A DNA stretch of 64,000 nucleotides from a virus. Taxonomy: Duplodnaviria; Caudoviricetes. Within the stretch, counting starts at the first letter, position 1. Every line of letters starts with the position of its first letter. The stretch covers positions 11,879-75,878 of IMG/VR virus record IMGVR_UViG_3300013901_000015. The stretch is one strand, 5' to 3'. This document shows, one piece after another, positions 26,998-41,900 of the stretch. A program made the translations under genes and the position numbers. Under the pieces are notes generated by a model. The model was not told the origin of the DNA. It ran no database searches and saw nothing but the letters and a program-made list of their open reading frames with translations.

Positions 26998-29900
26998 ATG
27001 GGATATGACAGAATAGATTCGATGTACGATGCACTATCCAAGGATGGCGCACAGATTGGTACTAGACAACAATTCAAGAAACTCATGCTAGCGCCTGGTA
27101 AGCAGGGCTATAAGAACCGACTGGGCTTCTATAATGCGATGAAACAGGACGGTGCCCAGATTGGTAACTCATACGAGGACTTTGCTCGGGCGATGGGGCT
27201 TCATGCGGTGAAGCCTCAGCAAGCTAGAGCACAGAAACCTGTGTCTCAGCCTAGCAAGCCTATGACTACTGCAGAGAGGGCAAGGCAGATTGGTCAGGAG
27301 TATATGCAGGGAAAGGCAGGAAAGAGCAAACAGGCTAGTGCTGGCAACACTTCTAGCACCGACTATATGAAAAACTGGCAGTTGATGCACAAGCGCAATG
27401 ACCAGATGACTCCAGTCGAGCAGATGCAAGCCAACACCATGCGTTCTCGCATGCAGCAAGCACAGAAACAGGCTAGTCAACAGGAGCAGCGCAGGGCGAA
27501 CCCTATCAGTCAGAGCAGAATCACGCCGACTGCACAGAATTTCAACGAGACGATGCAACAGCTTTCGTCTTCACAAGCAAAGAGGGCTAGAGCGGTGCAG
27601 CAGCGAGAGGATGATGCCAGAAACTTGGCTCAATATGAGGTGGAGGGCAATCAATTTGCTCATAACGATGGCAAGTTTGGAACCATTGCGCCAGAGATTG
27701 ATTCTCTAGTTGCTCCTTCAATGAAGGAAGCGGACGATCTGTCTTGGACTCAGTATCAGCAGGACTTGAAGAATGCTGGCAATGATGCTTATCTGAGAAA
27801 CAAGGCTTGGAAGGACTTGCAGGACAACAGAATTAAAAACCGCCAGAACGTACTTGCAAACAACCTTAGTGCAAAGTTGCAGGAAATCTACTCTCAGAAA
27901 GGGCTGCAGGAGCACATTGTACAGAGTGCAGATAAGCTGAATATGGGCGTTGAGGAGTATGTGGATAAATATGTTACCCCTCAGATGATGCAGCGTGCTC
28001 AGAATATTCTCGGCGTGAAGAATATCGAGGAGATTTTGCCTCAGAGTGCCACGGAATACGTGGTGAGAAGACTCAGCGACTCTATCTTGGGTACTTTGTC
28101 GGCAGGACAGGATAAATCGAGAGAACAGATTGCCAGAGAGCAGGAGGCGATGGCTATTTCTGACGGATTGGAAGAAATGCCTACAGTAAAAGGTTACAAG
28201 GCAAACGAAGGCTACAAGTCTGGTGCCGGCGCACGATTTGCTTCTACGGCTGCTAACATGGCGATGGACTCCCCTATCCTCGGAATGACAGGCGGCGCAG
28301 CTAATATGTCGGTCGATTTGGGTAAGCAGGTACTGATGGGAGGTCTCGCCAAGGCAGGATTGGTGAAGATGGGTGCCAAGCTGACCGCACAGCAGTTGGC
28401 TTTCAAGGCTGCCAATATGACTATGGCGCAGAAGATTGCTTCTGGCTTGGTGGAAGGCTCGGCAAAAGGTGCGCTCAACTTGGGTGGTTACTCTAGTATT
28501 ACGTCTGCACTCGGACAGGCTTCCACTGGTAATGATACTTCTTTGTCGGCATTGGGAAAAGCAGCATTGGAAGGCTTCGAGCACGGTGCCACTACTGGTG
28601 CGATGTTCGGCGTGTCGGGTGCTATCATGGCTCCTTGGGTGTCCAAGTTCGGCATCAACGGATTGGAGACTAGCACAGGAGAGAAATGGTTGCACGGCGC
28701 ACAGAAGCTTGGTGCCACTGGTGTAGGTCTCGGCGTGGAGGCAGGAACAATGATGGTCGCAGACAATATCACTGGTGACAAGGATATTTCCGTAGGCACA
28801 TGGTTGGAAGACTTGGTGATGGTGGGCGCATTCAAGGCAGGAGAACCTAAGAATTACGCCCATATCGGTAGTGCTCTATATGGTCTTGTGCATAACACCA
28901 ACAACACCTTCCGTGTGGGAAAAGACCAAAACGGCAAATGGCGTACGGTGGACATACACATGACGAAGGACGAGCAGAACGAGTTGATGAACTCTGTTTC
29001 TGGCAAGAACCTCGTGGAAACATTCCAGAAGGTGGATAAGTCTAGCCTCAACTCAAAGACTCCATTGGATAAGAGTATCACCAAGCAAGCTTATCAAGAC
29101 TTCATGAACGACCCTAACGTATCGCAGAGCACCAAGGAGAAGGTGAATGCGGCGATGGGATTGTTCAATACAACGAGTGCCAAGAGCTACCGTAGTGTGA
29201 ACGATGTGCAGAACAAACAGATTCTGGAGTATTCGAAGAACGGTACCTTGCTCACTCGTACCTCTTATAAGAATGCAGATGAACGCCGTGCCATCCTATA
29301 CAAGCAGAAGTTATATAGAGACAACGAGGAAATGAGGTCTTTAGCAGGTTACTCTAAATTGAAAGACTTACAACCGACTGACGAGAACGGAGAGGTTACA
29401 CGGCTCGCCTTTGCGTTTCTTACAGACAAGGGGTATAATCCAAACGAGACTGTTACGGAGGCTAACAATGCTCGATTAATTGCAGGGTTGCGAGACAAGA
29501 ACAGCGACCTGTACAAGGAATGGGAGAAGTACGTGGATAGATTCGGTTCCCTCGGTATGCTGATTTCCGATACAAGAACGTGGAAGAATGGCTTGTTGGA
29601 GGTATTCATCGGAGACAGAGAAATAAGCCTTGACACCATCATGCGCAAAGACCCAATGAAGCGTACGGATGAAGAGAATAAGATTTTCTATCAAGTAAAG
29701 GATGCTTTAGAGAGCGAACTATTCCCTAACGGTAAACCTCATGCCGATCAGAGCGAAACACAGGGACAGAGTGTTGCCGAGGACAACAACCTTGGAACCG
29801 ACCAGCCTAACGGAGAGGCGGTGAAGCAGGAGTTGAACGGACTGAGACAGGCTGAGACTGAAATGGACGTGCTGATGCGAGACAATGATGTGTTCAGCCA

Positions 29901-32900
29901 GAACTTCAAGAAGCTACAGAGCCAGGGTCTTACCAATCCTCAGATTTATGATTGGATGGTTCAGAACGGACTGACACAGGAACAGTTGGAACCATTTGCC
30001 CATTATATCAATGCGAACGCTAGAGTGCAGGGTATGCAGGAGGCTACCAAGCAGAAGATTGAGGAAGTGGTGAGCGGTGTCGTGCAGGATTGGTCTTACC
30101 ATGGAGAGCTGAACGGTCAGAAGATGAACGGCGAACAGGTGGTTTATGTGCAGGACAGCGAAGGCAGAACCTTGATTGTTGGCTCTGGAGACGTGGCATT
30201 TGACTCTACCACTGGGCGTGCGAAGGAAGACGTGGGCGATCTGCTTATCTGCTTCGACCCTAACACCAAGGAAATGGTGTACTTGAAGAAGGATGATGTT
30301 ACCTTTATGCAGACTCAGAATCCCGATGATTTCGGCAATGAGTATCGCCAGAGATTGCAGATGATTAACTCTCAGCCTTACAATGAGGCTGCTCAGGAAC
30401 AGGCGATGCAGGATGCAGGAAAGTCTGAAAATCAGAATCAATCGGAATCAATCGGAATCAATCAGAATCAAAATTCGGAATCAAACGGAAGCGAGAAAGC
30501 ACCACAAGTTGATACCACTTCGCCAGAAGCTAGTACCATAACGGCGAAAAATAATACCACAAAAGAGGGCTTAGCACCACAAGAGCAGCCTCAGCAGACC
30601 AGAAAGTTTGCAGATGGCACCGATGTGCCTATGACCAAGGACAGCAAGGGAAGACCTACGCCCGACTATGGAGCGATGAAGCCAGAACAGGCGGCTGAGA
30701 TTCTTTCGCAGGACTTCGGAGAGAACGCCGAGAAGGTGGTTGATGGGCAGATTAAGAAAGCCGAGAAGGCTTTGAAGGATGCCGAGAAGATGAAAGTGGA
30801 CTACACCGCCGAGCCTAACGACATCTTGGAACAGGAGCAAGTGAAGGCTCAGACCGTGGAAGCTGCAAAGAAACAGCTTGAACAGGCGCAGAACATCAAG
30901 AAGGCGATGACTGCCAAGGCTGTGGCGGAGACCGTTGGCAAACCTACCGATGAAAAGGTGGAGGGTGCTAACGAGGCTAGCAGCGAGGTAGCCAAGAAGT
31001 TCCAGAATGCGCCGAGATTGCAAGGCAACCACGTAAGCAAGCGTCTGCCAAACGGCGATAAGATTAGCGGACACTATGAGATTGTTCCTGCCGAAAGCTT
31101 GACTCCTTCGCACGATGTAATGAATGACTATAAGAAGTCAGAGGGCTTCCCTGTGGATGCAGAGGGAAGAACTATAAATGATAGAGACTATGAGCACGAC
31201 AAGGCGGCGCAACAGACCACCGACCAGATGGCTCAGAAGTACAGCGGACAGGCGATTTCTCAGGTGCCTACGGTATCTGACGAGGGTATCGTTTACGATG
31301 GCAACGGAAGAACCATGGCAGGACAGAAGGCTGCGAAGAACGGTACAGATGCTGAATACATCGAGGACTTGATGGACAATGCCCAGAACTATGGCTTCAC
31401 CAAGGAGCAGATTGAGCAGAGTGGAATCGAGCATCCACGTCTTGTGATGGTAACTGATGAAAGATTGCCTTATGATACGGCTACCTTCTCCATGTTCAAC
31501 AGAAACGAGAAGAAGACGCAGAGCAACACCGAGCAAGCTGTGGCTAAGGCTAAGACCTTGACTAGCGACGAGGTGGGTGCCATCGTTGCCGACATTGAGG
31601 GAAATGGTAGCTTGGATGCTTTCTTTAACAATTCCAAGGCAATAAATGACTTGGTGAAGACGTTAGTAAGTAAAGGTGTCATCGGACAGAACGAGGTGGC
31701 TGGCTTCATGGATGGTCCAGACAGACTGTCGGCGCAGGGCAAGGAGTATGTGAAGAACCTCTTGCTTGGCTCTGTGTTCAAGCCAGAGACTATCCGTATG
31801 CTTGGAGTGGATAGCAAGATCAAGAACGCTGCCATCAATGGCATTCGTGCCATCATGGATAACTTGAAGCTGGGCGACTACTCTCTGCGTGACGAGATAG
31901 ACCAAGCCATACAGTTGCTCTACGAGGCTGGAAGAAACAAGATGAGCGTGGATGACTTGCTGAAACAGAGCAGTGCCTTCGAGGAGAACGCTAGGGATAG
32001 ATTCCCGATGATTGCACAGGCTATGGCTCAGGCTCTGGAGGATAAGCCTACGACTTTCAGAGAGTTGATGAGCGAGTACAACAACATCGCCAAGAACTAC
32101 AACACGAACGAGGGCACCTTGGGATTCTATGATAAGTTAACGCCTGAGCAGGTTGTGGAGGAGTTCCTCAACGCTAGCAAGGCTATCAAGAACAATAACA
32201 TCAAGCTATATGGAAAAGAATCAGAAACTGAAAGAAGCAATGATGCTGCTGGCAATGAAGAACCTTCAAATGAAGCAGGAGGTGCAGCTGGCACAGAAGG
32301 AAATGGGAATGCTGAAACAGAACCAGAAATAAAGGTTAAGAAAGCATTGAAGCGCATCGCTACCGAGATTACCAAGCAGACAGGTATCGAGGTGGTGACG
32401 GATGAGCAAAAAGCCAAGAAAGCACTTGATGAAACAGAAAACATCAAGGTACAGCGTGCATCCGCAGGTAGCACAGTTAGTGGTATGGAAAAAATGCCAA
32501 AGGGTTTGCAAATGAATCCTAGCGTATTGACCGACCAGATACTTAACTATCATGGCGATCATATCGCAAAGCTACTTGGTGAAGTACCAGAGGATAGTAC
32601 TGTTAAGTATTTCTCTGCACACAATGGAGTTTGGTATTTCTACCGAGTAGATCATGACCGCAATATCATCCTTGATGGTGCCATTTCTGCCAACAAAGAC
32701 AATTATCGTGAATACGAACAAAAGATAAAAGAGTATTATGGAATTGACGGCGGCGCAGAAGCTATTTATAATTATGTGCAAGAAGCAGGGTTTGACACAG
32801 GAGCAAACCGCAATTTGCATGACTATTTTCTCGAAGGAGGAAATACGAGACATTCTGCAATGGGTGAGCGACCTAATGAATCGCAAGGGGAAGCCAGAGT

Positions 32901-35900
32901 TGAAGACAACAGAACTTCTGGACGAACTTTACGACAGGGCTCTAGCGAAGAACAAAGCGGAGCGATTAAGGAGTTCCGTTCTGCCAACGGTGAGGTCTAT
33001 GGATTCACGGTAGATGGCAAGATTTATCTTGACACCAAGAAGATGAAGCCTGAGACCCCTCTGCATGAGTACACCCATTTGTGGACTGAGGCTTTGAGGA
33101 ACGGCAACCCTACAGAGTGGGAGAACGTGAAGAGTCTCTTCGATGAGGTTGAAGGACTGAAAGAGGAGGTTCAGAAGCTGTACCCTGAGCTAAAGGGCGA
33201 TAACCTTTACGAGGAGATGATTACCACATTCTCTGGTCGTGAGGGTGCCAAGAAGCTTGAAAAGGTTGTGCGTGGTCTCGCTAAAGAGGATGGAAAGACC
33301 GTAGAGGAGAGAGCCAAGGCTACAGGCTTTATCACCAAGGTGAAGGAAGCTTTGCAGAAGTACTGGAAGGGTGTGGCTGACATGCTTCATATCCACTTCA
33401 CTTCTGCCGAGGAGGTTGCCGACAAGGTTCTTGCTGATTGGGCTAGCGGCTTCAACCCAAATAAAGCTTTCGATGTAAATGACAGAGATGGCGATTATAC
33501 GAAGAATAACGTTGAATACATTGTTAAAAATACAAAACTCCCATTTGGCAAAAAATACGGAGAAGAACTATCTCAAGAAGAAGTCAAGTCGTTATTCTAT
33601 GGGGATAATGATTACTCAAAGAAATACGGCAAACTATTCGATAGAGTTTACGATGTTGCTCGAAAACTAGGTATAAAAATTAGCTTCAAAATACCACCAG
33701 AAACTTATAGTGCTTATGGTCTAGCTGATTTGGATAACGTATATCTAAATCCTATACTTCTTGCAAGAGGAGAGCATAAGGTTTTCCCAAACAAGAAGTA
33801 TAGCCTTTACGTTAAAGAAGATACGCTTCCACATGCAATGTTGCATGAGTTAATACATTCTGTTACAGCCTACGCTTTGGAAAGATATGAAAGAGACAAG
33901 GATAGTATGCCTAAAGAACTAAGGGCAGCTGCGGAGTCTTTGATAGATTTGTATGAAGCTACGAGAAAGGCAACTCTGGATTACGTTAATGAATATGGAA
34001 GAGAGAATGAACAAGAATTTATCGCTGAATTATCTAATCCTAATTTTTGTAAGCTTCTAAAGAAGACAAATGTTTGGACTAGAGTGAAAGATGCGATAAA
34101 GCAATTCTTCTTCCCTCTGATTTCTTCCGAAAAGAATGTGTTGGATAAGTCGTGGAAGGAGACAAACTCTTATAAAGAGCTTTCTTCTTTACTTGATGAC
34201 TTTTTAGAGCATAGTGACAAAGGTCTATTTGAAGAAGAGATTGGTGTGCAGAACGGTGAAATCAAGGGCAAGGAAGAAGCTAAGGAAGAACCTGTTCCTA
34301 TCATGCCGAAGCCTGTAGATCCTAGCAACCCTATAGAAAAGGCGGCTGAGGACTACAAGAAGGAGCATCCTTTGAGCGAGGATGAAATATTGAACACTAC
34401 GGCGTTCGATGGTTTGCCTGAAGACCAGAAGCAGTATTGCATTGATGCGGCTTTGGACTATCTGAATGGCGAGGACACTTCGGCTATTTCCGAGGCTTAC
34501 TATAGAAACGCCTACGAGAAACGTTCTAGCCGTCCTGCCGAGACAGCGAAGGTTGCCAAGGCAGACAGCGAGACTGTCAAGGCTGGACAGGCTGAGGTTT
34601 CTGCCGACCCAATGGAAGGAATCAAGAATGCCGCAGAGGGATTCGAGCAGGAGAAGGCTGAGAGGGAAAGAAAGCAGAAGGAGGCTACCCAGAAGGTTCT
34701 GAACGTTATCAAGGCTTCGAACGAAAAGGCGAAGACCAGAAAGCAGTTGGAGGCAGAGAAGAATGCAGCGGACAATGAGTTTGAGGCATTCATGAAGGAA
34801 CTACGCAAGAAACAGAGCGGTCAGCTTAACTCTGGCTTCATCGACCAGAACTTGATTGAGGCGGCACCAAAGATGTTCTCTCTTGCAGCAAAGTGTGCCT
34901 ACACTCGTATCAAACTGGGCATGTATGATGCCAAGGAGGTGGTGAAGGATTTGCGCAACCGCTTCAAGGATGCTTTCGATGGATTCGACAAGCGAGACGT
35001 GGAAACCTTCTACTCTGAAATCATGAACCAGAAATGGCGTGATGGTGATAAGAGAATGAGCCTCAACGAGTGGGCAGAGCATTACAGAAAGCTTTCTCCT
35101 GAATATAAGGAGAAACTGGAAGGCGACTCGAAGGATGCCGAGGAAAGGAAGATGAGCGAAAAGAAGTTCATTGACCGTGTGAACATTCGACTTGGATTCG
35201 GACAGAAGATAAACGGCATCGTTGAATTGAGAAAGATGGCTGAGGAATGCGGCTTGAAGGATGTGAAGGACACAGACCTTCAGGAATTGGCAGAGACTGC
35301 CATTGTGCAGAGAGCTAGAGGTATCGCTTCGTCTGCATCCACAAATGATGCCAAGAAGTTTGAACTCATCAAGAAGCTTTACGAGAATCAGCCTAGCCTC
35401 AACCAACGTGATTCTGAGCGAGTGATGAAGCAGCAGTATTCTACCCCTGCCCCATACGCTTTCTTGGCAGACATGTATGTGAAGGGAGGCGGCAAGGAGG
35501 TGAAGAGCGCATTGGAGCCTAGCGCAGGAAACGGTATGCTTACCATCGGCTTGCCTATGGACGTGGTGCATGTGAACGACATTGACGCTCAACGTTTGGC
35601 GAACCTGAGAAGACAGGGCTTCAAGAACGTGACGAGTCAAGACGGTACTCAGCCTTTCGCCGACAAGGACGTGGACGTGGTGGTAACTAACCCACCATTC
35701 GGTAGTGCAACGCCAAAGGAGTATGACGGCTACAAGATTTCCTCTCTGGAGGGTCAGATGGCTATCAATGCCTTGGAGAGCATGAAGGACGATGGTCGTG
35801 CTGCCATCATCATCGGCGGCAAGACGGAATACGCCAAGAACGGAAGTCTGAACCCAAAGGATAAGGCTTTCCTTGGTTATCTCTATAGCCACTATAATGT

Positions 35901-38900
35901 GGAGGACGTGATAAATGTGGATGGCAGTCTCTACGCAAAGCAGGGAACGACCTACCCTACACGTATTATTTTAATAAACGGAAGACGCAAGTTCGACCCA
36001 GAAAACAAGGTGTACCCACCAGTGGAGAAGAACGCTAGAGCAGAATCCGTGAAAGATTATGACGAACTTTATAAAAGAATAAACGATGACATACTACGTA
36101 GCAAAGACAAATCCGTGGATATTCACGGAGAAGAAAAGCGAAAAGGTGACAATGCAGGTGGTAGAACAAACGTTTCTGATTCTACTAAAGAGAATGGTGG
36201 ACGAGTCGGACGAATGGGAGACGAAGGAGTTTCTGACAGAACTCCTGCAAATCCTAAACAGACTGAACTGGACACAAGCACCCGACCTGTGGAGCAACGA
36301 GAAGATGCCAACGGAGGAACAACTGAGAGTGCTAGCGATGGAAATAGTAACCCAGACACAAGAGGGGGACAAACTTCTGTACCACAATCTGAACGAACCG
36401 ATGGAAGTAGCGGACGAGGAGACAACTCTATCTCTGGAGGAAGCAACACTAGCGCAACTGATAACGGAACAGATGGACGAGAGCGTGGAGTACGACTACA
36501 GTCCTCAGATGTTCAATCAGTAAGCAACACTCCTACCCAACCAAAGGAAGAGAAGAAACAAACTTTGACTACAGAGAAGGTTGCATATACCCCTAGCAGT
36601 CATTCCATGTCGCTCGGTGCCGTGGTACCAGCTAGACAAAAAGAGGCACTTGAAACGGTATTGAATAAGCTTGGCGATGCCGACCAATACTTGGTAGATA
36701 ACCTTGGCTATAATGACAAGGAAGATTTGTACGCACATCTCGCCGCCGAGCAAGTGGATGCTGTTGCCTTGGGATTAAAACAGATGGAGAAAGGCAATGG
36801 CTTCATTATTGGAGACCAGACTGGTATAGGTAAGGGAAGACAAGCTGCTGCCATCATTCGTTATGCGGTTAAGCAAGGTAGGATTCCAGTATCGTTCACC
36901 ATCAAGCCTAACCTTTTCTCTGACACCTATCGTGACTTGACAGACATTGGTAGTCCTGAATTGCGTCCATTTATCCTAGCCTCCAGCAAGGATGGCAACA
37001 TTAAGGAGAACTACGATGAAGAGGTGAAAGGACTTGACGGAAGGGTTACCAAGGTAAGAAAACAGCGCATTATATATAATGTGCCAAGCACTACAGAAAC
37101 ACAACGAGTATTAAAATATATCGCAGAAAACGGAAAATTGCCAGAGGGATATGATTATATCCTCACCACTTATTCGCAAATCAGAACGGGTTTGCAGGAA
37201 TATAAGGGTGGCAAGTGGAAAGATAAGAAAAAGATTAATGCAGCTGACCGCAACGGACAGTTGAAGCGTGATGCTATTGAAAAACTCGCAGAGAACAGTA
37301 TCTTTATACTTGACGAAAGTCATGATGCCGCAGGTGAAGGAAGCGGAAGTGCATTCATTCAGAAGGTTTTGCCAAAGGCTAAGGGCGTAACATTCCTTAG
37401 TGCTACCTATGCAAAAACTCCTGATGCGATGAAACTGTATGCCTTGAAGACAGACTTGGGCAGTAAGAGCAAGGACGAAAAGGACGAAAAGGATGATGCT
37501 TCTTGGAAAATTCTGAATGCCATCAAGAAAGGTGGTACCGTGTTCCAAGAGATTATGAGCCAAGCCTTGACACGAAGCGGTCAGATGATTCGCCGTGAGC
37601 GAGATATGACTGGCGTAACCATCGACTGGAATCCACTTACCGAGGACGAAACAGAGATTCAAGCACAACGAGACAAGTTTGACAATATCTTTGGTATATT
37701 CAACGACATATTGAACTTCCAACGTACTTACGTGGATGCCAAGTTGGGGGAAATGAGCGATGATGCCGCATTAATCCAAGGTAGCGTGGACCACACACCT
37801 GGAACAAAGGATATGGGTATCGGCAACGTTACATTTGCAAGCAAAGCTTACAATGTAGTACAGCAAGCACTCTTCTCCATCAAAGCTGAGAAGGTGGCAG
37901 ACTATGCCATCGAAGCCATCAAGAACGGAGAGAAACCTGTTATCGCAGTAAACAACACCATGGAGGGTATGACAGACGAGTACCCGATGGGAGAAGTGAT
38001 GGATATGCCAGACCTTAATACTACCCTTATGAAAGGTTTGGAAGGTATATTGAGATACACCGAGAAGAATGAATATGGAGACCGAGACAATAAGGTATTG
38101 AGACTTGAGGAACTTGGCGAAGAAGCAGTGGCACGATATAACGAAATCAAGGAAAAGATAGCATCTGCCACAAGCGGACTGAGCATCAGCCCTATTGATG
38201 TAATCAAACACAGGTTGGAGCAAGCTGGCTATCGTGTGGGAGAGCTGACTGGTAGAAACACCGAGTTCGTATATAATGAGGATGGAAAAGTGGTAAGACA
38301 AAAGCGCACCGATACCAACAAGAATGCCTTGGCAGACCGATTCAACAATGGTGATCTTGACGTGCTTATCTTGAACCGTTCTGCCTCAACTGGTATTTCT
38401 CTTCATGCCTCTACTAAGTTTAAAGACCAAAGACAGCGCACCATGATATTCGCTCAGATGCAAGGGAATATCAACGAGGAGGTGCAAATGCGTGGTCGTA
38501 TCGACCGCACAGGACAGGTAAGACGAGGAAAGTACGTTTACTTAGTTTCATCCATCCCAGCCGAACAACGACTGATGATGATGTTTAAAAATAAGCTGAA
38601 ATCATTGGATGCCAACACTACTTCTTCGCAGAAGAGTAAATTTAACGAGGTAGATGTGCAAGACTTCACCAACAAGTATGGTGACGAGATTGTTTTGCAG
38701 TATATGGCACAACACCCTGAGTATTACAATAAATTAGCAGACCCTCTTGGTTGGGGGTTCATGGAGTATGCCCAAGATGGTTTGTCGCTCACAGAGTTGA
38801 AAGAGAAAACAAAATCAACCATTACTTCACCTGCATACGAAGTAATGAAAAGACTTACCTTGCTACCAGTAAAGGAGCAGGAAGTGGTATTGAAGGATAT

Positions 38901-41900
38901 ATCTGACACCTATGCTCAAAAGATTAAGCAGTTGGATGACATGGGCATGAACGACCTTGAAATAACTGACATGCCTTTGGAGACTAAGACCTTAAAGCGT
39001 GAAGTATGGAAGGAAGGTTCTGACCCTGGCGGCGATAATGCCTTTGCTGATAACACTTATATCGAAACCGTTGAAATGAATGTATTGAAGAAGCCTATGA
39101 AGGCTGACGAGGTACAGTCAGCGCAGAAGAAGATGCTTGACGGAAAGGATTGGGAAACATGGAGAAGCGATAAGATTGCCGAAATCAAGAAGGCGCAACA
39201 AGCCAAGATTGAGGAAACAAAGGCAAAGATGGCTGAGCAGATGGAAAAGAAAGCTGCCAAGACAGAAGAGAACACTCGCAAGGCTCTGGAGAAGCAAAAC
39301 GAAAAACTCCAAAAGAGAATAGATAAGGGTGAAGAACTTAAACCGGGAGAGCATGTCTTAACGGAGGATGAAATCGACAATAGAATTAGTGCTGTTGTGG
39401 ATGATGTTAAGCGTAAAATGTTGGATAAGCAGTCGGAAGCTATTGCTGGAGTAAACACTAAATACGAAATGTTTATCGGTCCACTATATGTTTTTGACCC
39501 TGACAAGACAGTTAGCGTTCCTACCGATTGGTATCTGGAAGACGCTAGTCCTTCTACTTATCCTGAGTTTGGTAGAGTCATCGGATTCAAGTATGACAAG
39601 AACTATAATCTTGGCTCATCTTCCATAGTGATTGCTACAACTGATTCTAGAAAACGTGTAGAAATTCCTCTGACAAGACCAAAGGCACTTAGTAGAATAG
39701 AAACGGACACCGAAAGATTCGCCAAGGAGTGTAATGTTATCACAATGAACTCTTGGGATAGACTGATTCCAAAGAAAGACCGCACTACTGGGCGCATTAT
39801 CACAGGAAATATGTTGGAAGCTTTGGCTGACAACAAGAATATCGGTCACTTGGTTTCTTACACTACCGATGATGGGAAAGTGAAGCAAGGCATCTTGGTA
39901 CCTGATAGCGTGAGCACTGAGGAGATTACAGGTAACATGCCTATTGCCAAGGCTTACAACTGGTTTACCAAGAAAGAAGGTGGAACTGAATTAAAGTCCA
40001 CTGACGGAAATTTAAGATTAGCCAAAAACTTTGGCTCCATGTACACCCTCTATGTGCCAGCTAGCAGAAAAGAAGGTGGTAAGTATTATCTGAACAAAGA
40101 GTTACTCGACTTAGTACACGGTCATAACTTCCAGTCGAAAGGAAAGAACTTCTGGGCTACATTCGATGCAGAAAAATTGCACGATGTGCTTCATATCTTG
40201 AATGGTATGGAAGTTCAGGTGAAGACCCCTAAGGACTTCGAGGAAAGCAGAACCCACTTCCGTGAGGATCGAGGCATTCAGTATTCTAAAACAGATGCAA
40301 AAGATGTTAAGAATAGTAGAATCATTCCCGAAGATGTGGATAAAAGTGTATCTTCGCAGATTGAAAAAACTTATGACTCTGCCATCGAAGAGGCTTATAA
40401 ATATGTCAGTGAGAAAGACAAGACTAGACTTCATTCTGATGTTGAGCGAGACTTGCGTGAGTTCTCAAAGATGCGCAGAGAAGATATTGTTAATGATATA
40501 AAACAAAGAGAATATGATTTTAGGGAGTGGGAACGTAGCGGAGCAACGCCTGATAAGGGAGGCTTTGTCGGATATAGATATGCTCGGTTTAAAGCTGCCG
40601 AAGCAGCAGCCAAACGAGAGCTGGACTATAGAGACGCTAGAGCAAAGCATCTCTCAGATACTTACGGATTGCAAGAAGGAAGAGAAAACAATCTTGATGA
40701 GGTGGCTCGAATTTATCGAGAACTTCAAGAAGAGAAAGATAAGGGACGAGATGCGTTGTTCTCAAAAGCACTGGATATTGTAAAGCGACTAGGCACTGAG
40801 TTTGGTGGCATAAATGATGCCCCTGCAGAAAACTATGCTGGTGTATCTACCACTCAACGAGAGGTGGCTTTGTTTATTGATACGCTTGCAAGAACTAGTA
40901 CGAGAAGAGAAGCCACTGCTAAGACTTTGCTTCACGAAATGATACACCAAGCTACGGTTGGCGCCATAAACCTTGTGCGTAGAGGAAATGCAGAAGGCTT
41001 ACTTACACCTAAGCAGATTGATGCCGTAAATACCATTTTGGATATTTATGACAAGGCTGTGGCTGATGGTAGAATTCATTATCAAGAAGGTGTCAAAAGC
41101 GACTATGGAGGCAAGAATCCTTATGAGTTTGCTGCTCAAATGGCAGATACTGTTCAGCGCAAAAAGCTTGACTTTACATTTGGACAGAAAGTAATGAATG
41201 CCTTTAAGGAACTGTGGAATAAAGGCGATAGGTCTTGGAAGGATGCCTTCAAAGATGCTTGGGGAAAACTCTTAGAGACATCTGATAAGAAAAAGATGGA
41301 TAAGGCAATCAGCGACATCATGGAGGATTTCAATGAGACTATTGATGATATTTCTATGAGAGATATTGAGTCTAGAGGAGGAACCTTCGCTGACAAACTT
41401 TCTAACGATTCTCCTGTTTCTTCCCACATTGCCCAACTGTCAGAAAAGGTAGGTGACAAGGTGAACATGGTTCATTCTGCCGATGAGGTAACCAACAAGC
41501 AAGCAAAGGAAGCCATCGAGGAAGGCAAGCATATCACTGGCTGGTATGACGAGAAGACTGGCGAGGTACATCTTTACATGCCTAATATCCACGACCGGTA
41601 CACTGCCGAGAAGACTATCTGGCATGAGGTTGTGGGACACAAGGGAATGAGAGAGTTGTTTGGTGAAGACAGATTCAACAGGTTCCTGCGTGATGTGTGG
41701 TATGACTTGGATAAGCCTGAGAACGCCGACTTGAAGAAGTTGGTGATGGAGGAAATGAAGTACAATCCGTTCAATGTGTATAATGCCATTGAGGAGGGTA
41801 TCGCCCGACTTGCCGAGGAAGGAAGAGGCGAGGCTGGTTTCTGGAGAAACTTAAAAAATAAGGTTTCTGACTTCTTGCACGAAATCGGTTATCGCATGGC

